A stretch of DNA of 64,000 bases from Chloroflexota bacterium (lineage in GTDB: Bacteria > Chloroflexota > Dehalococcoidia > UBA2979), in assembly GCA_009839925.1 (NCBI GenBank), contig VXOS01000142.1, forward strand, positions 3,039 to 67,038. Reading direction: 5' to 3'. A model generated the notes under the pieces. It was given only the letters and a program-made list of their open reading frames with translations, was not told the DNA's origin and did no database searches. This document shows, one piece after another, positions 23,358-32,808 of this stretch. Position 1 is the stretch's first letter. Every line of letters starts with the position of its first letter. Position numbers and translations under genes: made by a program.

Positions 23358-24278
23358 CTGAGCACGCCCGGCGTCGTCGCGCTGGTCGGTCCGACCGCCT
23401 CGGGCAAGACGGCGGCCGCCGTCGCCATCGCCGAACGGCTGCCGATTGAGGTCGTCTCCGCCGACTCGCGCCAGATCCGGCGAGGGATGCGCATCGGCAC
23501 GGCCGCACCCAGCGACGAGGAGCTGGCCGCCGTCCCGCACCACCTCGTCGGCGTGGCCGAGCCGGACGCGCCGTGGACGCTCGCCGACTTCCTCGGGGGC
23601 GCGCACGCCGCGATCGAGGGCATCCACGCGCGCGGGAGGTTGCCGCTGATCGCGGGCGGCGCCGGGCAGTACGTCTGGGCGCTGCTCGAGGGCGTGCAAC
23701 CGCCCGCCGTACCGCCGGACCCGGCACTGCGCGCGCGCCTTGAGGCCGAGGCGCGGGAGCAGGGCGGCGAGGCGCTGCACGCCCGCCTCGCCGCGCTCGA
23801 CCCGCCCTCGGCGGAGCGGATCGACCCGCGCAACCGCCGCCGCCTGATCCGCGCGCTCGAGATCATCGAGGCGACCGGCGAGCCGATCGCTCCGCTCGCG
23901 CGCGTGCCGCCACCCTGGCCGTGGCGCGTCATCGGCCTCGAGTGGTCGCGGAGCGCGCTCTTCCGCCGCGCCGACGAGCGCGCCGCGCGCATGTACGCCG
24001 CGGGCCTCGTCGAGGAGACGCGCGCGCTGGTCGACCGCTGCGGCGAGGACTTCGAGGCGCTCAGCTCGATCGGCTACGCCGAAGCGCTCGGGGTGCTGCA
24101 CGGCGAGTGGGACGAGGCAGAGGCGATCGAGCGCACGCAGGCCGCGACCCGCCGCCTGATCCGCCGCCAGGCCGCCTGGTTCCGCCCCGCCGACTCCCGC
24201 ATCAACTGGCTCGACGGCTCAGACCTCGCTGGCGTCGTGTCCGCGGCCGAGGCCGCGTTCGAGGAGCTACGCGCGTAG
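23358..24278 (+). CDS. miaA: tRNA dimethylallyltransferase
   Basis: P-loop ALVGPTASGKT lies upstream of the first ATG (23487), so the gene uses a non-ATG start near 23358 (start uncertain). DSRQIRRGMRIGTAAPS follows. Confidence 0.8.
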   Translation: MSTPGVVALVGPTASGKTAAAVAIAERLPIEVVSADSRQIRRGMRIGTAAPSDEELAAVPHHLVGVAEPDAPWTLADFLGGAHAAIEGIHARGRLPLIAGGAGQYVWALLEGVQPPAVPPDPALRARLEAEAREQGGEALHARLAALDPPSAERIDPRNRRRLIRALEIIEATGEPIAPLARVPPPWPWRVIGLEWSRSALFRRADERAARMYAAGLVEETRALVDRCGEDFEALSSIGYAEALGVLHGEWDEAEAIERTQAATRRLIRRQAAWFRPADSRINWLDGSDLAGVVSAAEAAFEELRA

Positions 24279-25445
24279 CTACTCCGGGCCGTCGAGCGCG
24301 GCGCGGGCGATGGTTTCGAGGGCGCGCGCCTCGATTGGGGGGTTGACGAGGCCGCTGCGGACGTCGCGGAAGTAGCGCTCGATGGGCTCGGAGCGGTGCA
24401 GGGCGACGCCGCCGACGATGCGCATCGCCGTCTCGGCGACCTCGACGGCGCTGTTGGTGGCGAGGCGCTTCGCGGCGGCGACCTGCGGGCCCAGCCGGAC
24501 GCGCTCCTCGGGGTGCTGCTCCCAGTCCTCGGCGGTCTGCAGCAGCAGGGCGCGGGCGGCCAGCACCGTCGCGTCGATGCGGCCGATCTGCTCGCGGACG
24601 TGGGGGATGGTGGCGAGCGGCGCCGCGTCGCCGAGTGGCTGGCGCTCGCGCGCGAAGCGGACGGCGTAGTCGCGCGCGGCCTCGGCGACGCCGAGGCTCG
24701 TCGCGCCGACGAGGATCGGGAACCAGGCGTTCGCGCCCGCCTCGCGGCGCGCCCCGCCGCCACTGCGCGAGAGGAAGTCGTCGTCGCTCACCATAACGCC
24801 GTCGAAGTGGACGTCATGGGAGCCGCTGGCGCGCATGCCGAGGGCGTCCCACGTCTCCTCGACGCGCACACCGGGCAGATCGCGCTGCGCGGCGAGGCGC
24901 GCCGTGTCGCCCGAGCCGTCCTCGACGGCGACGTAGGTGACGAAGTACGTGAGCACGGGCGCGAGCGTGGTGAAGGTCTTGTGCCCGCTGAGCCGCCAGC
25001 GGCCCGGCCCCTCGGGCGTCACGGTCGTCTGAGGTCGCCCGCCGCCCTGGGGCGAGCCGAGCTCGGGCTCGGCGGCGGCGTTGTTGATCAGCGCGCCGTC
25101 GCGCACGACCTCGTCGAAGATGCGAGCGCGGGCGGCCTCCGGCCAGGCGCGGGCCTGCCCCTCGCCGCCGCAGAGCATGAGGTGCATCGCCAGCCCGATC
25201 GCCGTCGAGCCGTCGCCCTTCGCGAGAGCGAGGTGGGCGAGCGCGACATCGTCGAGCCCGTAGCCCCCGCCGCCGTACTCGGCGGGGACCGACGCAGCCG
25301 TGTACCCGCTACGCCGCAGCCCCTCGAAGTTCTCGAACGGGAACGAGCCGTCACGGTCGTGCTCGGCAGCCCGCTCCGCGAACGCGGGCGCGAGCGATTG
25401 CGCGAGCGCGAGCAGGGCAGCTTGCCGTTCGGTCTTCGGCCACAT
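24279..25445 (-). CDS. Acyl-CoA dehydrogenase family protein
   Basis: Start MWPKTERQ. ACAD fold blocks include GSHDVHFDGV, the C-terminal QIGRID...A helices and YFRDVRSG. Confidence 0.85.
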   Translation of the reverse strand: MWPKTERQAALLALAQSLAPAFAERAAEHDRDGSFPFENFEGLRRSGYTAASVPAEYGGGGYGLDDVALAHLALAKGDGSTAIGLAMHLMLCGGEGQARAWPEAARARIFDEVVRDGALINNAAAEPELGSPQGGGRPQTTVTPEGPGRWRLSGHKTFTTLAPVLTYFVTYVAVEDGSGDTARLAAQRDLPGVRVEETWDALGMRASGSHDVHFDGVMVSDDDFLSRSGGGARREAGANAWFPILVGATSLGVAEAARDYAVRFARERQPLGDAAPLATIPHVREQIGRIDATVLAARALLLQTAEDWEQHPEERVRLGPQVAAAKRLATNSAVEVAETAMRIVGGVALHRSEPIERYFRDVRSGLVNPPIEARALETIARAALDGPE

Positions 25446-26088
25446 CGCCGGCGAGCGTAGCACCGATGGGGGTGGGGGCTGGGGAGCAAGTGCTCCCGGT
25501 CGGTAGAGGAGGATTCGGCTGCGGTGATGCCGAAAATGTTCAGGCGCGCAGCTCCTACGCCTAACACGTCCGCGTGCTAGAGTGGAAAGTCCACGAGCGC
25601 CCGCCTGGAAGGCACCATGTCGCAGGCGAAACCGAAACCAAGTTCGTCACCGAATACCACACCTCCTGCGAAGCCCCCGGGCGACCGCCCGCAACCGCTG
25701 CCCCCTGGGTACAGCGAGCGAGGTGCATCAGCGACGCTGCGACGGATTCGATAGGCCTGTCCATACTGAGAACGTGAGGGAATCGAGTGCCGAAGGAACC
25801 AAGCCCGCCACCACCACCTCAGCGCGAACGCCCCGCGCCGCCGCAGCCTGGGCGAAGGGAGTCGACCTATCCGGTACCGAGACGACCAGCCCGGAGTTGA
25901 CACCGGCCGACTGGAGCAGGAGCGAAGCACCCCTCGTAGCAGTCCGAGACCACCGAGCCGAGTCCCACCCCGCCCAGCTTCACCCCCCGAGCGCCCGCGC
26001 CCCTTGCCTCCGGAGCGCGTAGAGAAGGGCAGGTGATTGGGCGGGATCGGCACGAGTTGATGATCTTGTAGTGGGTCTGCTATCGACT

Positions 26089-26787
26089 TCATGGGCCGAG
26101 GTGCGCCGCGAACGCCGCAAGGACGAGCACAGCTCCCGCCATCATTGAGGAGTAGGTGAGTTTTACGGTAGCGACGCGAGCCTTCATGACCCGCTCGTTC
26201 ACCCCGACTGCTTGTTCTATCGACACGGAAATTGACCAGTGGACATCGTCATCCGTCGCATCAGTGGCGGCGAGCCTGCGGATGTCACCGAGGCTCGGTA
26301 GGTCTCTGTAGGTTCGAGGCCACAGGCCCCGAACGCTGTTCAAGAACGCGAAGCACAGCGCAGTCGCGCCAGCGATGAGGAGTCCGATCTCAGCGTCTCC
26401 AAGTTCCTGCGCCGAGCCGAAGAGTGAAAGGGCTGCGAGAATCAGCGCCGCTCCCGCGAGCGCAGCACCTCCGGCGACAGCCAACTTGTTGTCGATGATT
26501 GCCGCCTCTGAGTTCTGGCTCTCCAGCTTCGCGATGCCAGCTTGGAAGTGAAGGGCTGCCAGTCGCGTCGGATAGTCTTCAGGCCCGATCTTCGGCAACT
26601 TCTCGATATCGACTCGTTGCCACGTGAGTGAGAGCCAGTCGACAACTGTTCGCGCTGACGTGGTGAGGCGGTCTTGGGTTGCGCGGCCGTACGTTCCCGT
26701 GCCTACAAGCGGATCGCGAGCAGGTCGGACCCCGGCAGCCCACTTCGCTGCTGCCAGCACCCCCGAAGTCAACCGATCGAGTTGCAT
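26089..26787 (-). CDS. Hypothetical membrane protein
   Basis: 232 aa. Two strongly hydrophobic segments (GGAALAGAALILAALSLFG; MMAGAVLVLAAFAAHL). No recognisable domain. Confidence 0.5.
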   Translation of the reverse strand: MQLDRLTSGVLAAAKWAAGVRPARDPLVGTGTYGRATQDRLTTSARTVVDWLSLTWQRVDIEKLPKIGPEDYPTRLAALHFQAGIAKLESQNSEAAIIDNKLAVAGGAALAGAALILAALSLFGSAQELGDAEIGLLIAGATALCFAFLNSVRGLWPRTYRDLPSLGDIRRLAATDATDDDVHWSISVSIEQAVGVNERVMKARVATVKLTYSSMMAGAVLVLAAFAAHLGP

Positions 26788-26882
26788 TGGACCGCCTCAT
26801 CAGATCTGGCTACCCCCAGATGGTAAGGGAGACTTGTTCCCGCCTGTTGAGCCCGCCGCGCGGGCGACCGTACGATTACTGG

Positions 26883-27755
26883 ATGAACGAGTTGCTGTTC
26901 TGGAAGATGCACGGCGCCGGCAACGACTTCGTCGTGCACGACGCCGGCGAGGGCGCAACGCGCTCCGACGAGGCGTGGGCCGCGCTCGCCGAGCGCGTCT
27001 GCGACCGGCACTTCGGGGTCGGCGCGGACGGGCTGATCGCCGTGCTGCCCTCGGATGTCGCGGACCGGCGGATGCGGATCTTCAACCCCGACGGCTCCGA
27101 GGCGGAGATGTGCGGCAACGGTATCCGCTGCCTCGTCAAGTTCGCCCTCGACCAGGACGAGGCGCTGCGCTCGCGCGGCGGGCTGCGCGTCGAGACGCTC
27201 GCCGGCGTGCTCGACGCCGTAGCGACCTTCGGCGCGGACGGCACGGTCGATCGCGTGCGCGTCAGCATGGGCGCGCCCCGCTTCGAACCCGAGGCGATCG
27301 GCGCGCTTGTCGAGCAGGCCCCGCCGGTGCTCGACCTGCCGCTCGAGGCGGCCGGCGAGGAACACCGCGTGACGCTGGTTTCGATGGGCAACCCGCACGC
27401 CGTCATGTTCGGCAGTGAGCCGGTCGAGGCGTTCGACCTCGAGCGGGTCGGGCCGGCGATCGAGCATCACCCGCTGTTCGCGAACCGCACCAACGTCGAG
27501 ATCGTGCGCGTGCGCGATCGCGGCGCGATCGAGATGCGTGTCTGGGAGCGCGGCGTGGGCGAGACCCTCGCCTGCGGCTCCGGCGCCTGCGCGGCCGTCG
27601 TCGCCGCGCGCCTGCACGGCCTCACGGACGGTGAGGTCGCCGTGCGCGTTGCGGGCGGCGTGCTCGGCATCGGCTGGGACGGCGCGGGCGAGGTGACGCT
27701 CGAGGGCCCGGCCGTCAAGGTCTTCGAATCGACCTGGCACGAGCCGGGACCGTAA
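26883..27755 (+). CDS. dapF: Diaminopimelate epimerase
   Basis: Start MNELLFWKMHGAGNDFVV. Catalytic cysteines in CGNGIRC and ACGSGACA. Confidence 0.9.
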   Translation: MNELLFWKMHGAGNDFVVHDAGEGATRSDEAWAALAERVCDRHFGVGADGLIAVLPSDVADRRMRIFNPDGSEAEMCGNGIRCLVKFALDQDEALRSRGGLRVETLAGVLDAVATFGADGTVDRVRVSMGAPRFEPEAIGALVEQAPPVLDLPLEAAGEEHRVTLVSMGNPHAVMFGSEPVEAFDLERVGPAIEHHPLFANRTNVEIVRVRDRGAIEMRVWERGVGETLACGSGACAAVVAARLHGLTDGEVAVRVAGGVLGIGWDGAGEVTLEGPAVKVFESTWHEPGP

Positions 27756-27815
27756 CGCGAGAGCAAGCAAAGATAGGGCCGCGGCACGGCGCCGCGCAGC
27801 CAGGGAGACGCAGCC

Positions 27816-28703
27816 ATGACGCAGCCACGGACCGGAGGGCAACTCGGCGACGCGCTGCAGACGCGCAACGCGCCTCGGAGCATCGATGAGTGGGAGGCGC
27901 TGCTCGACAGCGACGCGGCCGAGGTGGTGGAAACCGACATCGGCGAGATGGCGATCGTGCGCGAGCGCGGCCAACTGCACCTCCACTACGCCTTCGACGA
28001 CCTCGAGGCGTTGACTGCCGCCTGGCATCCCTGCTTCGACGCGCTGCGCGAGCGGATCGGCGGCTCCGGCTTCCCCTACGTGACGATCGACCTCGTCGAG
28101 CACATCAACCGGCGCTGGATCGAGAACCTGCTCGCCGAGTGCGACTTCCAGGAGATGGGGGAGTGGCTCGAGCTGGTGCATCCCGGCCTGCGCGACGTCG
28201 TCCCGCCCGAGATCCCCGAGGGCCTGACGATGCGGCGTGCTCAGCCCGACGACGCGGACGCGATCGTCGCGATCGAGGGCGCCGCCTACGGCGAGTGGAC
28301 CGACGGCGAGGCGGCCACCCTCGCACGCATCGAGGCGGCCGGCTGGACCGGCGTGCTCGAGCGCGACGGCGAGGTGATCGCCTACGCGATCAACACACCG
28401 GTCGGGGACGGGCGCGGCGAGGTCATGTCCTGCGCCGTGACGCCCGACGCGCAGGGCGGCGGCATCGGCAAGGTGATCCTCGGCGCGGCCACCTACCAGC
28501 TGGCCGCCTCGGACGGTCGCGAGGCCGCCGTGCGCGTGCGTCCCGACATCCCGCAGGCGGCTCGCACCGCTACGGCGGTCGGCTACCTCGTGGGCCGGCG
28601 CGGCATCGAGCTGCGGCGCGACTCGGACGAGGAAGTGCTGCGCCAGGCGCGCGACGACGCGCGGGTCCGCGGCATGAAGGTTCGCTTCGGCGGCTGGCGC
28701 TAG
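27816..28703 (+). CDS. GNAT-family N-acetyltransferase with N-terminal extension
   Basis: 295 aa. The C-terminal half carries an acetyl-CoA binding motif, VMSCAVTPDAQGGGIGKVIL. Confidence 0.6.
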   Translation: MTQPRTGGQLGDALQTRNAPRSIDEWEALLDSDAAEVVETDIGEMAIVRERGQLHLHYAFDDLEALTAAWHPCFDALRERIGGSGFPYVTIDLVEHINRRWIENLLAECDFQEMGEWLELVHPGLRDVVPPEIPEGLTMRRAQPDDADAIVAIEGAAYGEWTDGEAATLARIEAAGWTGVLERDGEVIAYAINTPVGDGRGEVMSCAVTPDAQGGGIGKVILGAATYQLAASDGREAAVRVRPDIPQAARTATAVGYLVGRRGIELRRDSDEEVLRQARDDARVRGMKVRFGGWR

Positions 28704-28707
28704 CCGG

Positions 28708-29877
28708 ATGAGACTCGCGCGCCGCGTCGAGCAGCTCCCGCCCTACCTCTTCGCTCGCATCTCCGAGCTGATCGCCGAGCAGCAGGCCGCCGGCGTCGAC
28801 GTCATCTCGCTCGGCATCGGTGACCCCGACCTGCCGACGCCCGACCACATCCTCGACGCACTGCGCGAGGCTGCGGGTGATCCCGCCAACCACCGCTACC
28901 CGGAGACCGAGGGCCTGCCCGAGTTCCGCGAGGCCGTCGCGCGCTGGTACGACACGCGCCACGGCGTGGCGCTCGACCCGGAGACCGAGGTCGTCTCGCT
29001 GATCGGCTCGAAGGAGGGCCTCGGCCACCTCCCGCTTTGCCTGATCGATCCGGGCGACCTCGCGATCGGTACACAGCCCGGCTATCCGGTCTACGACATC
29101 GCGACGATGTTCGCCGGCGGCGAGACCCTCTCGCTGCAGCTGCGCGAGGAGGACGGCTGGCTGCCGCGCCTCGAGGACGTCCCCGCCGCCGAGGCGGAGC
29201 GCGCCCGCCTGCTCTGGCTCAACTACCCGAACAACCCGACCGGCGCGATCGCCGACGAGGCCTTCTTCGCCCGCGCAATCGCCTGGGCGCGTGACCACGA
29301 CGTGGTGATCGCGCACGACCTCGCCTACTCGGACGTCTGCTACGACGGCTACCAGGCGCCCTCGATCCTCGAGGTGGAGGGCGCGCGCGATGTCGCGATT
29401 GAGTTCAACTCGCTCTCCAAGACCTTCAACATGACCGGCTGGCGGATCGGCATGGCGGTCGGCAACGCCGACCTCGTGGGCGTGCTGCGGCGCGTCAAGT
29501 CGAACCTCGACAGCGGCGTGCCGCAGGCGGTGCAGCAGATGGCGATCACCGCGCTGGACGACCCGCGCGACTCGATTGAGCGACATAACGAGATATACCA
29601 GCGTCGCCGCGACCGCGTCGTCGAGGTGCTGCGCGAGCTGGGTCTGCACGTCGACCCGCCGAAGGCCTCGCTCTACGTCTGGGCGCGGCTGCCGGAGGGG
29701 GAGCGCTCCTCGGCGGCGTACGCGCAGCAACTCGTCGAGGCCACCGGTGTGGTCGTCACGCCGGGCACGGGCTACGGTGACGGCGGCGAGGGCTACATCC
29801 GCATCTCAATCACGATCGCCGACGAGCGCCTCGAGGAGGCCCTGTCACGGCTGAGCGCCTTCGCGCGCGGCCAGTAG
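28708..29877 (+). CDS. Class I/II PLP aminotransferase (LL-diaminopimelate or succinyl-DAP aminotransferase-like)
   Basis: 389 aa. LGIGDPDLPTP, NYPNNPTG and the PLP-lysine SKTFNMTGWRIG. Lies next to dapF. Confidence 0.75.
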   Translation: MRLARRVEQLPPYLFARISELIAEQQAAGVDVISLGIGDPDLPTPDHILDALREAAGDPANHRYPETEGLPEFREAVARWYDTRHGVALDPETEVVSLIGSKEGLGHLPLCLIDPGDLAIGTQPGYPVYDIATMFAGGETLSLQLREEDGWLPRLEDVPAAEAERARLLWLNYPNNPTGAIADEAFFARAIAWARDHDVVIAHDLAYSDVCYDGYQAPSILEVEGARDVAIEFNSLSKTFNMTGWRIGMAVGNADLVGVLRRVKSNLDSGVPQAVQQMAITALDDPRDSIERHNEIYQRRRDRVVEVLRELGLHVDPPKASLYVWARLPEGERSSAAYAQQLVEATGVVVTPGTGYGDGGEGYIRISITIADERLEEALSRLSAFARGQ

Positions 29878-29888
29878 GGGCGGCGGCG

Positions 29889-30125
29889 ATGGCGCGCCGC
29901 CCGGTGCAGCCGATGCCGAAGGCAGTCCTCGAAGCCCTCGAGGCGCGCGGTGTACGCGAGGACTACGAGGCGCGCCCGTTCTACCAGCGCAACGACTACC
30001 TCGCGTGGATCGCCCGGGCGAAGCTGCCGGAGACGCGCGAGCGGCGCATCGCGCAGCTGCTCGACGAGCTGGAGCGAGGGGGCGTCTACATGAAGATGGC
30101 GCACGCGCCCAGCCGCAAGGACTAA
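29889..30125 (+). CDS. YdeI/OmpD-associated family small protein
   Basis: 78 aa. RPFYQRNDYLAWIARAKLPETRERR is typical of the YdeI-like family. Confidence 0.5.
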   Translation: MARRPVQPMPKAVLEALEARGVREDYEARPFYQRNDYLAWIARAKLPETRERRIAQLLDELERGGVYMKMAHAPSRKD

Positions 30126-30186
30126 CTCCCGCAGCACGCGCGTGCCGCGCGCGCTATCATCGCCTCCCTCCCCCGGAACCACTGCG

Positions 30187-31140
30187 ATGACCACCACCGC
30201 CGTCCCGAGGACCGTGAGCGCCGATCCGGCGTCGTCGGCGCCGGGTGTCTTCTCCTCGCGGATGCTGCGCGAGGCGATCCGCTCCGGGCGCATCTCGCCG
30301 AAGCGGATCGCGGCGGCGCAGATCCAGCCGGCGAGCATCGATCTGCGGCTGGGCGCGAAGGCCTACCGGCTGCGCAGCAGCTTCCTGCCCGGGCCGAACG
30401 CCCGCGTGCGGGATCGGCTGCCGGAGCTGCAGATGGGCGCGCCGCTCGACCTCGCGGACCCGGAAGGCGTGGTCCTCGAGCCGGGCCGGCCCTACCTCGT
30501 GAAGCTGATGGAGAGCGTGCGGCTGCCTGAGGGCGCGATCGGGCGCACCAACCCGCGCAGCTCCACCGGCCGGCTCGACGTCTTTACGCGTGTGATCAGC
30601 GACCACGGGACGCAGTTCGACGAGGTCGAGCCGGGCTACGAGGGTCCGCTCTGGCTCGAGGTCTACTCCAACACCTTCACCGTGAACGTGCGCCAGGGCC
30701 TCGCGCTGACGCAGCTGCGGATCTCCTCGGGCGACTCGTGGCTGGACGCCGCCGCGATCCGCGAACTGCACGCGCGCGAGGGCCTCGTCTTCGAGCGCGG
30801 GCGGTCCGCACGTGCGCCTCGCGAGCCTGTCGAGGAGCCGAGGATCGGCCAGCGCGGGTTGCTCGTCAGCGTCGATCTGCCGGGCGGGCAGTTCTGCGGC
30901 TGGCGGGCGAAGCGCAACAGTGCGCTGCTCGACCTCGCGAGCACCGACGCCTACGACCCGTTCGACTACTGGGAGCCGGTCTTCGCCGAGCCGGGCGGGC
31001 GGCTGGTCATCCAGCCGGGCGACTTCCACCTGCTGATCACCCGGGAGTTCGTGAGCATCCCGCCCGAGGTCGCGGCGGAGATGGTGGCCTACGACCCGAC
31101 CAACGGCGAGCTGCGCACGCACTACGCCGGTTGTCGTTAG
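30187..31140 (+). CDS. 2'-deoxycytidine 5'-triphosphate deaminase, long DCD family
   Basis: Start MTTTAVPR. QIQPASIDLRLG and GRTNPRSSTGRLDV are dUTPase-fold dCTP deaminase motifs, duplicated in a ~318-aa protein. Confidence 0.65.
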   Translation: MTTTAVPRTVSADPASSAPGVFSSRMLREAIRSGRISPKRIAAAQIQPASIDLRLGAKAYRLRSSFLPGPNARVRDRLPELQMGAPLDLADPEGVVLEPGRPYLVKLMESVRLPEGAIGRTNPRSSTGRLDVFTRVISDHGTQFDEVEPGYEGPLWLEVYSNTFTVNVRQGLALTQLRISSGDSWLDAAAIRELHAREGLVFERGRSARAPREPVEEPRIGQRGLLVSVDLPGGQFCGWRAKRNSALLDLASTDAYDPFDYWEPVFAEPGGRLVIQPGDFHLLITREFVSIPPEVAAEMVAYDPTNGELRTHYAGCR

Positions 31141-31563
31141 GGTTTCTCAGTGTTGATCCTCTTTCCTCCGAACGAGCTTAAGTACAGCAAGAGATCCGGT
31201 TTCAGCTTGATCTTCGGGGCGAGCACCTTATGTAGTGCCAAGAATTTTTGAAATTCGCGGAGGCCGTTTGGGATGGGTTGGCGGGGCTCTAGGGGAGGGG
31301 CGTTGGCTGGCAGCGAGGCTGGCGGTCGCGTCCGGCGCAGTTGGTGGCGCGGGTGCCGCAGCTCCAGCTAGGTTCCTCCGTCTGCACCGCGCGCGGGCGT
31401 GCCCAGCGCCTCAGATCCAACACGCGGTCGCGCACACTCTCGCGCTCACGTCGCAGGGTAGCCGGATGCAAGGAATGCGCCGCCTCGACGAGCTCTGGGC
31501 TGTAGAGCCAACCTCAACTAACTCAGCACCCGGCGGATGCGTGTCAACCGGCGGAACTCAGTT

Positions 31564-31598
31564 GGAAGGGGTCGCCCAGCGACCCCTTCCCTTTCTCC
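31564..31598 (+). terminator. Perfect 12-bp GC-rich hairpin (GGAAGGGGTCGC-CCA-GCGACCCCTTCC) followed by CTTTCTCC. Terminator-like or 5'-leader regulatory stem ~50 nt upstream of the CoiA-like gene.
   Basis: Inverted repeat read directly from the sequence, 31564-31590, plus a pyrimidine-rich tail. Confidence 0.3.
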
Positions 31599-31641
31599 CC
31601 CTGCGCAACCCAGCACCCGGCGCAGCAGTACCCTCTTGACC

Positions 31642-32730
31642 ATGCCGCAGATTCAGTACCCGGTCGCTCTGGACGGGCGGTTCGCCGTAACTATCCGAGC
31701 AGCTATGTCTGGTCACAGCTACCGTTGCCCTGGCTGCGAAGAGCGCATGGTTGCCCGCCAGGGGGCTCGGCGCCAATGGCACTTTGCGCATCACCGATCG
31801 GTTGCGGCGTGCGAGCCGGATCGCGCGCTTCATCAATCAGCGCAGGTATTGATCGCGACATCGCTCGAGGCAGCGCTCCGTGCAGGGACGCGATACCACG
31901 TGCTGCTCCAATGTCCCGGCTGCGGCGATCGACAAGCCCGGAATCTCGCCCAGTCCGGCTCCCGAGTCGAGTGCGAGGCAACCATCGTGCCGCGCGTCCG
32001 TACGGATGTCGCGATCCTGCGCGATTCGGCCTTGCCGATCGCGATCGAAGTGGTGGTGACGCACGGCATCGAGCCGGAAACACGCCAGCGCTACAAGGAC
32101 GCCAGGATCGCCGTCATCGTCGTCGAGCCAACGTGGGACACGTTGCCCGAATTGCGTTCCAGAATCGTGCCTGCGCGGACCCTGAATGTCCCATCCTGGC
32201 AATGCACGTCGTGCACCGTGGCGGAAGAGCGCCGTGACGCAGCGCATCGGCGCGCCGATGCGCTTCTGGGGTGTCTCGACAATCGCGTGCCTCACCACGG
32301 TGAGGAGCTGCCGTTCCACCCGTGGCGACACGATCGCTTCGAGCGCGCCTTGCGGCCGTTGGTCCGTGCGCGTACCCACGCAGGCGCCCTGATACTCAGC
32401 GAGCTCGGGTTCCGGCAGTCCCGAGCCAAACCGTGGCTGTTTCTCCTCGAGTTGGAGCGCGGACGGACGGTGTTCGTCAACTACGGGTCAACCGCCGAGA
32501 TCCCCATCTGGGAAGACACGGCAGGGGTCCTCTCCTGGGTGTTTCGGAAGCAGGTCACGCCCGAGGAGGAAGCGGCCATCATCGCCGGAGTCCTGGAACG
32601 ATGCCGTCGCGCCGGCGTGGATCTCCGTGTGAGCTTCTACCGAGGGAGTTTCGACCCGGGCAGGCCGGAGAGGCCGACCGACCCGCGGGCACTCGTCGAC
32701 CGAGCGGTGCTTGCGCGCGTTCTCCGATGA
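31642..32730 (+). CDS. CoiA-like competence-family protein (Zn-finger + putative PD-(D/E)xK nuclease)
   Basis: Start MPQIQYPV. CPGCEERMVARQGARRQWHFAHH matches the CoiA N-terminal CxxC...HFAH signature. A second CPGC follows, with RTDVAIL...IAIEVV nuclease-like strands. Confidence 0.55.
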   Translation: MPQIQYPVALDGRFAVTIRAAMSGHSYRCPGCEERMVARQGARRQWHFAHHRSVAACEPDRALHQSAQVLIATSLEAALRAGTRYHVLLQCPGCGDRQARNLAQSGSRVECEATIVPRVRTDVAILRDSALPIAIEVVVTHGIEPETRQRYKDARIAVIVVEPTWDTLPELRSRIVPARTLNVPSWQCTSCTVAEERRDAAHRRADALLGCLDNRVPHHGEELPFHPWRHDRFERALRPLVRARTHAGALILSELGFRQSRAKPWLFLLELERGRTVFVNYGSTAEIPIWEDTAGVLSWVFRKQVTPEEEAAIIAGVLERCRRAGVDLRVSFYRGSFDPGRPERPTDPRALVDRAVLARVLR

Positions 32731-32808
32731 GGCCGGCCTTCGGGCCGGCGGTGTGGCCAGTGCTGCCCAGCGGTGTTGCGGAAGCGGTTACATCGCTGAT
32801 CCGGCAAT

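Noticed and set aside
25590-25800. Possible RNase P RNA because of a GGAAAGTCC motif
   Set aside because: The motif is part of a simple palindrome (GTGGAAAGTCCAC). The other universally conserved RNase P blocks (GGGCUCC, ACAGARA, GGUGAAA...GUAAGAGCGCACC, CCCGGCUUA) are absent on either strand.
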